Assembly (NCBI GenBank): GCA_965213675.1
Contig: OZ243916.1
Location: 896,001 to 960,000 of the forward strand
Direction: 5' to 3'
Length of the DNA: 64,000 nt
DNA from: an uncultured Candidatus Binatia bacterium
Lineage (GTDB): Bacteria > Desulfobacterota > Binatia > UBA9968 > JAJDTQ01
In this document: positions 46,659 through 54,643 of the stretch, piece after piece
Position numbering within the stretch: the stretch's first letter is position 1
Layout of the letters: each line of letters begins with the position of its first letter
Position numbers and translations under genes: made by a program
The notes under the pieces: model-generated
What the model was told of the DNA's origin: nothing
What the model saw: only the letters and a program-made list of their open reading frames with translations
Database searches by the model: none

Positions 46659-49530
46659 CCTTCTGATCCGTCTGCACTGACGCGTGACTCGCCAACTTCT
46701 CCCTACTCAATGCCGCCGTGCGGGCCTCTTTCAACTTCACCAGATCCCGGCGGATATCCTGAGCGACTTCCTCGACCTCCTGTGCCACCCCGGGTTCAAG
46801 CCCGATCTCCCGCTCCAGGGCCGTAACGAGCGGCAATAGGAGCTTCACCGACGGTGACGCCTGAATGAGTTCGCGCATGTGCACCGGCCCAAGCTCAACG
46901 CTCAAATACATCAGTGCATCAAGAGCCTCATACGGGAGAGCTCCGATCTTCTGCAACAGCGCAAGAACGGTTTCGATGTCGAGTTCGCTTGCAGATCGTT
47001 TGCCGTCGGCAAGAGTCGCCTTGGCCCGAATCAGATGACCACGGACACGCCTCGCCAGTGATTCCGGTCCGAGTGCAGATAGAGCCCGACCCGCCGTCTC
47101 GACCGCTGCCTCATACCGCAGGCATTTGAACTCCATACCGGCTTTTCGAAGAAGCGCTTCCCCCATCCATTCACCGGGCACGGCAGACGCGTCTCTTGCA
47201 ATTCGGTGAACCGCCTCGTCAAAGGCAGCGAGTGCGTCCCGGAGCCGGCCCACTCGGTCGAGTATTGCACCCTTGACAACAAGGGCCTGTGTAACCCACC
47301 CGAAGACATCCCCGTTCTGACTCTCCCCAAAACGACGAACTGCCCCGTCCCAGACGGCCAACGCATCTTCGTGTCGGTTCATATCAACCAGTACATCTCC
47401 TTTGTTGAAGAGAGCCTTGGCTACTACCTCAGCAACAGTTGGGTCCTCACTCTCCGCGAAGCGACGAACTACCTCCTCCCAAGTGGCCACGGCATCCTGA
47501 GGCCTGTGCAATTCACGCAGTGCACACCCCTTGTTGAAGAGGGTCTTCGCTACCCACCCAAGAATTTCTGGATTGTTGTTCTGGCCGAAGAAATGCAGCA
47601 TCTCGTCACAGGCGGCCAGTCCGTCCTGCGGCCGATTCAATCGAGCGAACAGAGCCCCTTTGTTGACGAAGGCAATCGCTACTTGCTCAAGAAGAGTTTG
47701 ATTTTCACTCTGTCCGAACCGGAGTAACAAGTCATCCCATGCAGCCAGTGCGTCCTCCGGCCGATTCAATCTGTCGAGTGCATCTCCTTTGTAGACGATG
47801 ACATTCGCCACCAGTTCAAGAAGGGCCGTGTTAGTGCTCTGCCCAAAGCGACTGACGACCTCTTCCAGGGCGTCCAACGCATCTTGGAACTGGTTCATTC
47901 CGCCGAGTATCATCCCTTTGTAGAAAAGGGCCTTGGCGACCGACTCAAGAACAGCCAAGTTCTTGCTCTGCCCGAATCGACGCACCACTCCGTCGTAGGC
48001 ACATAGCGCATCCTCGGATCGGTCCATTCTGCCGAGCGTGACGCCTTTATTGAAGAGAGCCGTCGCAACCGGCTCAAGCAACGTCGGGTTCGTGCTCTCT
48101 CCGAATCGAAGCAGCAACTGGTCCCACACGGCCAGTGCGTCCGCTGCTCGATTCTGATTGTTCAGGGTAGCCGCTTTGGCGAACAGATCCATCGCTTCCT
48201 GCTTTGCCGCCTCGTCCGTACCGGCGTGAAGCGTCTGCAACTCGCCTCGGTGCTTGCTCAGCGCCGGTGACTCCAGAAACCGTGGGATGGCGATCCGGTA
48301 GAGCGACTGCATCTCCCCGTTGGAGCTTCCCGCCTCGCGGATGAGGCGAGCAACGATGTCCTTCAGTTCGGCGGGCGAGTAATATGTCTCCATGAACTGG
48401 ACAATGGCTTCGACCAAGCTACCCGGCCCGCGGGACCGTCGCATCAGGTAATAGATGTTGTACAAGCGCTCGGTCAGGTAGTACTGCTTGCGCCGAGCCG
48501 TGCCGCCCTTGACCTGAACGACCCCTCGTTCGATGAGGCGCGCGAGTTGAGCGCTGCATTTACTCGTCTCCAGCCGGGATCGATCCGCGATTTCCCTCGT
48601 GGTCGCCGGTTTCCACAATTCAGCAAGCGCAAGATAGACCCGCCGTTCCTGTGGCGGAAGCGATTCGATATGGCTTTTGAAATACTCCGTATGGTCATCG
48701 ACCAGATCGAGCAGTTCGACCATGAGTTCGCGGAAGGACCTGCCCCCGCCGAAACGGGCCACGATCGCCAACAGTCGCGGGCTTCCGCCGGTGAGGATCT
48801 CCAACGACCGAATCGTCTTGGGCGCAGGGCACCGACCGGACACCGTTTCCCAAAGAACCGCGCACTCTTTCGTGTTGAGGGGGCGCAGGGTGTGCACCCT
48901 GAAGAGATCGTAAAGTGCATGCTCCGGGTTGTCGATCTCCTCGAAACGGCTGGTGGCGCTCGCAAGCATGACGACCCGGGGCTCGGTCTGGAGGGTGTGT
49001 CTCAGCCGCCAACCCGCGTCCGGGTCCGCCATGTCCCTGAACATCATGTTGAGGTTCTCGACTATCAAAACCAGCCGTTTACCCTCCCGGTCCGAGAAGT
49101 CCAACAGGGAGGCGCGACAACGCTCAGCAAGAGTCTGGTCGTCACTATTGGTTCGCAGGTCTTCGACGGTGCGTTGCAGATCGGGACCGCCCTCTCGGCG
49201 AGGCACCTGCGCCGCCAGGCGAGACAGGCATTCGAGCCAGAACTCCCCAGCGGTGGTGACCTCGTAGCTTTCCTCTGCAAAGACGATCGGAAAGAATCGG
49301 GACGACAACCCGACATCCCTGCGCACCTCGGCCGCGATCCGCAGGAGGAGGCTCGTCTTCCCGCTGCCGCGGGCGCCGATCACGATCTGATGCGGGTTTG
49401 AGCTTCCGGTGCAATCGCGCAGCATCTCGACCATCGACTCGAACTCGACCGTCCGCACACAGAATGATTCCACCAACTCATCGTCGGTTAGGAAGCCTGG
49501 GTTGTACTTCCTAGCGACGGTCACGGCCAT
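46651..49530 (-). CDS. STAND-like AAA+ ATPase + winged helix + TPR-repeat protein
   Basis: Walker A GARGSGKTS, atypical Walker B LIVENLN, LTGGSPR (GxP), HTH TTREIADRSRL...LIERG, eight 43-aa TPR-like repeats. Confidence 0.82.
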   Translation of the reverse strand: MAVTVARKYNPGFLTDDELVESFCVRTVEFESMVEMLRDCTGSSNPHQIVIGARGSGKTSLLLRIAAEVRRDVGLSSRFFPIVFAEESYEVTTAGEFWLECLSRLAAQVPRREGGPDLQRTVEDLRTNSDDQTLAERCRASLLDFSDREGKRLVLIVENLNMMFRDMADPDAGWRLRHTLQTEPRVVMLASATSRFEEIDNPEHALYDLFRVHTLRPLNTKECAVLWETVSGRCPAPKTIRSLEILTGGSPRLLAIVARFGGGRSFRELMVELLDLVDDHTEYFKSHIESLPPQERRVYLALAELWKPATTREIADRSRLETSKCSAQLARLIERGVVQVKGGTARRKQYYLTERLYNIYYLMRRSRGPGSLVEAIVQFMETYYSPAELKDIVARLIREAGSSNGEMQSLYRIAIPRFLESPALSKHRGELQTLHAGTDEAAKQEAMDLFAKAATLNNQNRAADALAVWDQLLLRFGESTNPTLLEPVATALFNKGVTLGRMDRSEDALCAYDGVVRRFGQSKNLAVLESVAKALFYKGMILGGMNQFQDALDALEEVVSRFGQSTNTALLELVANVIVYKGDALDRLNRPEDALAAWDDLLLRFGQSENQTLLEQVAIAFVNKGALFARLNRPQDGLAACDEMLHFFGQNNNPEILGWVAKTLFNKGCALRELHRPQDAVATWEEVVRRFAESEDPTVAEVVAKALFNKGDVLVDMNRHEDALAVWDGAVRRFGESQNGDVFGWVTQALVVKGAILDRVGRLRDALAAFDEAVHRIARDASAVPGEWMGEALLRKAGMEFKCLRYEAAVETAGRALSALGPESLARRVRGHLIRAKATLADGKRSASELDIETVLALLQKIGALPYEALDALMYLSVELGPVHMRELIQASPSVKLLLPLVTALEREIGLEPGVAQEVEEVAQDIRRDLVKLKEARTAALSREKLASHASVQTDQKDG
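47164..48195 (-). repeat. Eight tandem 43-aa (129-nt) TPR-like repeats
   Basis: Consensus A.AL(F/V)NKG..L....R..DAL..(W/Y)D....RFG(E/Q)S; span 1032 nt = 8 x 129. Confidence 0.85.
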
Positions 49531-49738
49531 TGCTCCGTTGTCCGGTCGGACTCGACGCCGAACTCTCAGGACGACACCGTTCACACAGCACGACGGTCAC
49601 GCTGTTGTTATCCCCTGACACGCTAACCTGAGAGGATGCTGGAGGCGGCTGGTTTCGGGACCTCAAGTTCCGCAGAATCCACAGGCCCGCTACGCCGAGG
49701 AATCCCTCCGTCCAGAACTGGTTGATGAAATCATTCAT
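49511..49738 (-). CDS. Small hypothetical protein, possible N-terminal membrane anchor
   Basis: 75 aa with FLGVAGLWIL; follows a near-consensus promoter and overlaps the ATPase start. Confidence 0.5.
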   Translation of the reverse strand: MNDFINQFWTEGFLGVAGLWILRNLRSRNQPPPASSQVSVSGDNNSVTVVLCERCRPESSASSPTGQRSNGRDRR

Positions 49739-49771
49739 GGGACATCCATGCTTCCAACAATCTCGTTGCTA

Positions 49772-49800
49772 ACGATACTGTTGGGACAATAGAATGTCAA
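49772..49800 (-). promoter_or_regulatory. Putative sigma70 promoter for the peptide-ATPase/TPR-MTase-helicase genes
   Basis: Minus strand TTGACA-N17-TATCGT; CTGTTGGGA direct repeats at 49778 and 49818. Confidence 0.65.
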
Positions 49801-49861
49801 GCCGTTTTTCAGTATTTCTGTTGGGAACACTCGACGCCACCCCAGAATTGCTTGTCAGAAC

Positions 49862-49899
49862 TTGTAACCCGTTACGTGACATGTGATACTCTGTCACGT
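49862..49899 (+). promoter_or_regulatory. Putative higBA promoter/operator
   Basis: TTGTAA-N17-GATACT; IRs GTAAC-CC-GTTAC and ACGTGACA-N10-TGTCACGT. Confidence 0.55.
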
Positions 49900-50176
49900 G
49901 ATTAAAGGCTTCAAGCACAAAGGGTTACAGACGTTCTTCGAGACCGGAAACAAGAAGGGTATACAGCCGAGGCACGCCAACCAGTTGAGAGATATCTTGG
50001 CTGCTCTGGACGCCGCAACATCTCCAAGGGACATGCGTGCACCCAGTTTCCGTTTGCATCTACTGGAGCCTCGTGGCGCCAATATCTGGTCGGTGTATGT
50101 CGCCAAGAACTGGAGTGTGGACTTTCGTTTCGTTAGCGGGCACGCCGAAGCAGTGAATTACGTGGATCACCATTAG
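49898..50176 (+). CDS. higB: HigB-like (RelE/ParE superfamily) toxin
   Basis: IKGFKHKGL..FFETG, LH.L, WSV.V..NW...FRF, VNYVDHH; toxin-first gene order. Confidence 0.88.
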   Translation: MIKGFKHKGLQTFFETGNKKGIQPRHANQLRDILAALDAATSPRDMRAPSFRLHLLEPRGANIWSVYVAKNWSVDFRFVSGHAEAVNYVDHH

Positions 50177-50268
50177 ACTGTGATATCTCGACAACATGAC
50201 AAAGAACTGCTTGTCGACCAGCCTCTGGTTCCGGCTACGCCAGATTGGATACAGGTCAGGAGACACTC

Positions 50269-50556
50269 ATGAGAATGCACAACCCACCTCATCCCGGCGG
50301 AGTGCTGTTTAGACAGTGGATTTCGCCTTTGGGTATCTCCATTACCCAGACTGCCAAGCACCTCGGCGTTTCCCGGAAGGCGCTTTCCGAGATCGTCAAC
50401 GAGCACACCGGGATCAGTCCCGAGATGGCGGTGAGACTCTCCATAGCCCTGGGAACCAGCTCCGAGCTATGGCTGAACATGCAGTCCAATTACGACTTGT
50501 GGCACGCCGAGCAGCGCAGGAAGGAGCTAAGGGTAGAGTCTATCATTGCAGCGTAG
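50269..50556 (+). CDS. higA: HigA family antitoxin
   Basis: [44 protein letters not shown]. Confidence 0.92.
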   Translation: MRMHNPPHPGGVLFRQWISPLGISITQTAKHLGVSRKALSEIVNEHTGISPEMAVRLSIALGTSSELWLNMQSNYDLWHAEQRRKELRVESIIAA

Positions 50557-51040
50557 GGGTTCTCGGCGGCTTCGGCTCCGTCAGCAGGAAACGCAGCGCC
50601 GTCAGCACTCGGCGCGGGTGTCTGCGGTGCATGGCCATGCCGAGCCAGTAGGCTGCCTCCTCACGCCCCATGGCCTCGATGCCTTCGGCGACGGCGCGCA
50701 TGTTGTCGCGGCTTCGCATGGGAGCGAGGGTGCGGAACAGAAGGCCGAGCGTCAGGGCCAGGTCCTCAGAGACGGCATATCCCTGCTTCTGTTGGTTGCC
50801 GAGGACGGGCTTTACGCCCGCCTGTGACAGCCGCTTCAGAACCCTGTGTTCCACCAGTTGCAGGTTGCGGCCTTTCAGGCCAGCGACGCGGGCCGCTATG
50901 CTCAGGTGCGGAGTTGCGGGGCTTGGCATCTGCCAGATCTCGTACTCCGTGTCGGCGGGGCCGTGGCGTCCGATGCGAAGCTCGTAACGCGGCGCCGATT
51001 CCGGCGTGTCGATCTGGACAACCCGTTTGAGACGCGCCAT
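50543..51040 (-). CDS. Hypothetical partner of the DUF499 ATPase
   Basis: 165 aa; TGATG overlap with DUF499; EEAAYWLG motif; occupies the small-subunit position of DUF499/DUF1156 systems. Confidence 0.7.
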   Translation of the reverse strand: MARLKRVVQIDTPESAPRYELRIGRHGPADTEYEIWQMPSPATPHLSIAARVAGLKGRNLQLVEHRVLKRLSQAGVKPVLGNQQKQGYAVSEDLALTLGLLFRTLAPMRSRDNMRAVAEGIEAMGREEAAYWLGMAMHRRHPRRVLTALRFLLTEPKPPRTPTLQ

Positions 51041-54000
51041 CAGGCTCCAGCCTCCCTGGCGGTAGCCATGACGAATGCCGCGCCGCTGGCGAAGCGCGAC
51101 AATCGCTCGGTCATCTTCTCCGCGGCGTCGCCCTGCATGGGCAGTCCTTCGGTGAACGTCAATTCGAAGCCGACCTCCAAGGTCCGGGATGCGGCGTCGC
51201 GAAGCTGCGGTTCGAGAAACTCCCGAACCGGCTGGGCGTCGGACACGGGTCCCCGGAACTCCAACTCGAACGAGCCCTGGTCGCGGGTTTCGTAACCGCC
51301 GGTCAGGGTCACGAGCTTATCGGCCCCTGAAACCGCGCCCACGGCTCCGAGCAGGCGAAAGGCGTCGCCGGCTTCGAACAGGCGGATGGTGAGGACGCCG
51401 ATCTTCTCGATGTTGCGGGCGCGGGCCTGTTCCCAGAGTCTGGCCAAGGCTTCGGTCAGCAGGCCTTCGGCCGACAACCCACCGAGTGAAGGTTGCTCCT
51501 CGGGCGTTGGCTCCACGACCTGACCTCCGCCCTCGTCAATGGGCTCGACGTACTCGTTCCCTCCGCCGGGCGGCTCCGGTTGCTTTCGCGGCCAGATCCC
51601 CTTGTTTCTGGCGTAGGCCATGGTGAAGACCGCGGACTGCTCGTCGATGACGATGGTGGGCAGCGGATCGCCCGGACCGCACAACAGGTCGCCGCGCTGG
51701 TAGACGTACTCCTCCCGCTCGATGCCGCGCAGGATGCCGCGGATGAATATGTCGTCGCCGCACAGCATGGGCAGCGCGGGATCCCGGCGGAACTCCTCAC
51801 GCAAGGCCAGAGTCGTGATCTGGCCCTTGCGGAGCGGCGTACGGTCGCGCACGTAGGCGGGTGAGTTCGGCTCGTCCTCGGACATGCGTAGCTTCGGCAG
51901 GTCGCGGAGCGCCCGCACCACTTGTCGTTGTCCCGAACCCGGCCGGTCCGATGTCGATTGGACGTCGATGGCGGTGTGCGCCAGATCGACATCGCTCCCG
52001 CCGATACGGTTTCGCGACGGGTAGAACACGTGGCGGTAACACTGCTGGACGGCTATCGCCAACTCCTGCTCGGAGCGCGCTTCCAGCTCGCGGATCTTGT
52101 CCTGCTGGTGTTCGGCGAGATCCACAAGGCGCTCGGGCTTCTTGAGATCCTGCAACGCCAGCCGCCGTTGCGCCTTGCGCCGCATTTCCTCCTTGCGGGC
52201 GTCTTCCGCAGCCAGGAACACCAGATTGTTGCGCAGTGCCCGCAGGGCCGAGCCTTCCGAGCCCTTGCGGGAGTGGATGCGCGCGATCAGTTCGGGAACC
52301 CTCTCCACGGCGCTGCCGATGGCGACGCCGTCGTAGGCGAGCACGATCAGTCTTGGGCGGCCGTCGCCGACCTCGTCTGGCACGTCGAAGGGACCGCCGG
52401 GAAAGGGAATGGCCTCGAAGGCGCCGCCCGCGCCGCCGCTGAAGATACCGCGAATGCTGTCGTCCAGATGCGCGCGGGTCTCGCCGGCATCGACGTGTTG
52501 CTCCTCGCGGCGGATGATCTGGCTGAGGTTCGCTTCGGCAAGAAAGCGCATGGACGCGCCCGGCCGGTCGTCGAGATAGGCCGATTCGGCGACGAACTTT
52601 CGACGCGCCTCCTCGATGAAGCTCACGTCCGTGGCCGGCGCCAGCACCGAGTACCGCAGTTGATGAGGCGACAGGCCCTTCAGCGGGTCGTTGAAGGCCA
52701 GGCTGTGCAAAAAAATCGTGCGCGCTACATACGTGGCGTAAGGTGGCAAGCCGCGGTGATGCTCGGCGTCGATCTCCCCGGCAAGCGCCTTCTTCTCCGT
52801 ACCGGCCACGTCACTGGCGATGGCCGGCAGGTACGCCGTCTGGCCGAGACGGGTAACGATCTCCTGCCGGATCGGCTCGTAGCCGGGATCGATATGGTGG
52901 AGATGGATCGCGGCGGCGTCCGCGGGTTGCTGTTGCCACAGATGGACGATGGTGCGGGCCAGGAGCCGCAGCATGCCGCGCACGCGCTGGAAGTTGCCCA
53001 GGGTTGCAGTCTTGCCCGTCAAGGTCGCCAACACTTCGGGATGCAGCGGGTAGCTGGCGAGAAATGACTCCGTGGTCTCGGGTCGGGCGGCCTCTCTCGA
53101 CAGGGCTTCGCCGGCGGCAGTCCAAAGGTCGCGGTATGTGGCGACCACCGAAGACGCTTGGAAATCGTCAATCGATTCGAAAAGGCGGCGGCGCAACACC
53201 TGCGCCGTCTCGTCTTCTTCCGTGGGATTCAGTAGGGTAGCCTTCCGGGCGGAGACGCTTTCGGCTTCAGCCATCCGGTCGGCGATGAACTGGTTCTCCG
53301 CGCTATAGGCGTCGGTGGCGCGGCCGTCCTTACCGATAGCGAGAGTGTAGACGAGGGCCGCATTGGGCGCACCCTCCACGGCCTTGAACAAGGATGTCAG
53401 GAAAGCCGTCAACTGGTCGTGGGCATCATCGAATTGCCGTACCTTACGCAGGTATACCGAAAGCTCGTCTAGCAGGATCAGGACAGGCTCGCCCCCGAAC
53501 AGTTCCCGCAAAGTTTCCGCTCCCGGCGCGACCTGGTGCTCGTCGCTGTTGCGGACCCGTTCGTATCCTTCCCGTCCGGCGAGAGCGTAGGCGATCTCGC
53601 CCCAAGGTGTGCAAGCCAGTACGCCGTCACCCATCGCCCGCCCATTGGCCGGGTCCGCGTTCTCCCCATCAAACGCGGCAACGCGGACGGGGCCTTGCGG
53701 CAGCAGATCAGGTTCGACGAACTCCGCGGCGTTGGGCACGTTCGCCATGCCACGGGCTGCGTGCGCAAGCGCGATCAGGCCGTGGGTCTTGCCGCCACCG
53801 TATGAGGTGTCGAGTCGAAAGATCGCGGCGACCTCGCCACCCGAACCGCTCAAGCGCCGACATACATTGGCCAGAAGGTTCTTGATACCCCGTGTGGGCC
53901 ACGTATGGGCAAAGAACCTCACGGGGTCCAAGTACTCGGCGCTGCCTTCTCCGACGATGACCTGAGCCAAGTCGGCCGCGAAATCCGCTTCAGCAATGGC

Positions 54001-54057
54001 TCCCTTGAGAACGTCCTCCCGAGGACTACATGTATCGAATATCGTCGGGACCGTCAT
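51040..54057 (-). CDS. DUF499 family AAA+ ATPase (defence system)
   Basis: FAADL, LDTSYGGGKTH (Walker A), LILLDE (Walker B), YPLHPE, FQRVRGMLRLL. Confidence 0.88.
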   Translation of the reverse strand: MTVPTIFDTCSPREDVLKGAIAEADFAADLAQVIVGEGSAEYLDPVRFFAHTWPTRGIKNLLANVCRRLSGSGGEVAAIFRLDTSYGGGKTHGLIALAHAARGMANVPNAAEFVEPDLLPQGPVRVAAFDGENADPANGRAMGDGVLACTPWGEIAYALAGREGYERVRNSDEHQVAPGAETLRELFGGEPVLILLDELSVYLRKVRQFDDAHDQLTAFLTSLFKAVEGAPNAALVYTLAIGKDGRATDAYSAENQFIADRMAEAESVSARKATLLNPTEEDETAQVLRRRLFESIDDFQASSVVATYRDLWTAAGEALSREAARPETTESFLASYPLHPEVLATLTGKTATLGNFQRVRGMLRLLARTIVHLWQQQPADAAAIHLHHIDPGYEPIRQEIVTRLGQTAYLPAIASDVAGTEKKALAGEIDAEHHRGLPPYATYVARTIFLHSLAFNDPLKGLSPHQLRYSVLAPATDVSFIEEARRKFVAESAYLDDRPGASMRFLAEANLSQIIRREEQHVDAGETRAHLDDSIRGIFSGGAGGAFEAIPFPGGPFDVPDEVGDGRPRLIVLAYDGVAIGSAVERVPELIARIHSRKGSEGSALRALRNNLVFLAAEDARKEEMRRKAQRRLALQDLKKPERLVDLAEHQQDKIRELEARSEQELAIAVQQCYRHVFYPSRNRIGGSDVDLAHTAIDVQSTSDRPGSGQRQVVRALRDLPKLRMSEDEPNSPAYVRDRTPLRKGQITTLALREEFRRDPALPMLCGDDIFIRGILRGIEREEYVYQRGDLLCGPGDPLPTIVIDEQSAVFTMAYARNKGIWPRKQPEPPGGGNEYVEPIDEGGGQVVEPTPEEQPSLGGLSAEGLLTEALARLWEQARARNIEKIGVLTIRLFEAGDAFRLLGAVGAVSGADKLVTLTGGYETRDQGSFELEFRGPVSDAQPVREFLEPQLRDAASRTLEVGFELTFTEGLPMQGDAAEKMTERLSRFASGAAFVMATAREAGA

Positions 54058-54255
54058 GGCTATGCTGTCCCCTCCTTCCCTCGTCGCCGGCCGCGTTTTG
54101 GTCTGTTGGGCGCGCGAGTAGGTCCTAGTGCGACCACTGCAGGTCCAAGACCACCTCAGCGTATCCTCCCTCAGTCCGTGGAATACACCTTGGCAACCTG
54201 TCCGATTCTCCGGGACCACCTCACCATGCACTGGAGTACAATATCAACGACCTGC

Positions 54256-54299
54256 CGGTGTACTTGTACACCGACTGAAGGTAGCCCCGCCGTACACCG
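54256..54299. promoter_or_regulatory. Palindromic operator-like site upstream of the defence operon
   Basis: Perfect CGGTGTAC-TT-GTACACCG (54256-54273) plus a third half-site GTACACCG (54292-54299). Confidence 0.45.
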
Positions 54300-54377
54300 T
54301 CAAAGTCTGGCCCGGAACCGCTTGGCGCGCGGCTCGCATGGAGTTCTTTCAGAATCGCGCCCCAAGTAGGCAAGGCG

Positions 54378-54557
54378 TCATCCCGAGTTGGTGGAGTTGG
54401 AAGTGCGGGAAACCTGGGGGTTCGTGAGGGATACGTTTGCTGCCACGTCTATTTCTTCAGCGCGCATATAGAGTTCGATGGATTCGGTCACTCCGGCCTC
54501 TTTCGAGGTCGGTATAACATTCATCTCTACGCGACCTTTTGGTACCGGATCGGCCAT
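54378..54557 (-). CDS. Small hypothetical protein (59 aa)
   Basis: GGAGGT Shine-Dalgarno just before the ATG; MADPVPKGRVEMNVIP... Confidence 0.4.
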   Translation of the reverse strand: MADPVPKGRVEMNVIPTSKEAGVTESIELYMRAEEIDVAANVSLTNPQVSRTSNSTNSG

Positions 54558-54643
54558 TGCCCACCTCCGAAGGACCTCTTTATGCATGCGCGGAAAGACT
54601 GCCGCAAGCCGGCGTTCGGCACGCCGCGAGTTCCCAGCCTCGT

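Noticed and set aside
54058-54231. N-terminal extension of DUF499 given in the ORF track
   Set aside because: Conserved-looking sequence begins at MTVPTIFD (54057), which has a purine-rich RBS upstream; the extension overlaps the putative regulatory region
54385-54430. TGGTGGAG... resembling the reverse complement of a tRNA/tmRNA 3' end (possible att site)
   Set aside because: The adjacent sequence lacks a T-arm consensus (GTTCGAATC equivalent) and has no duplicate at the other island edge
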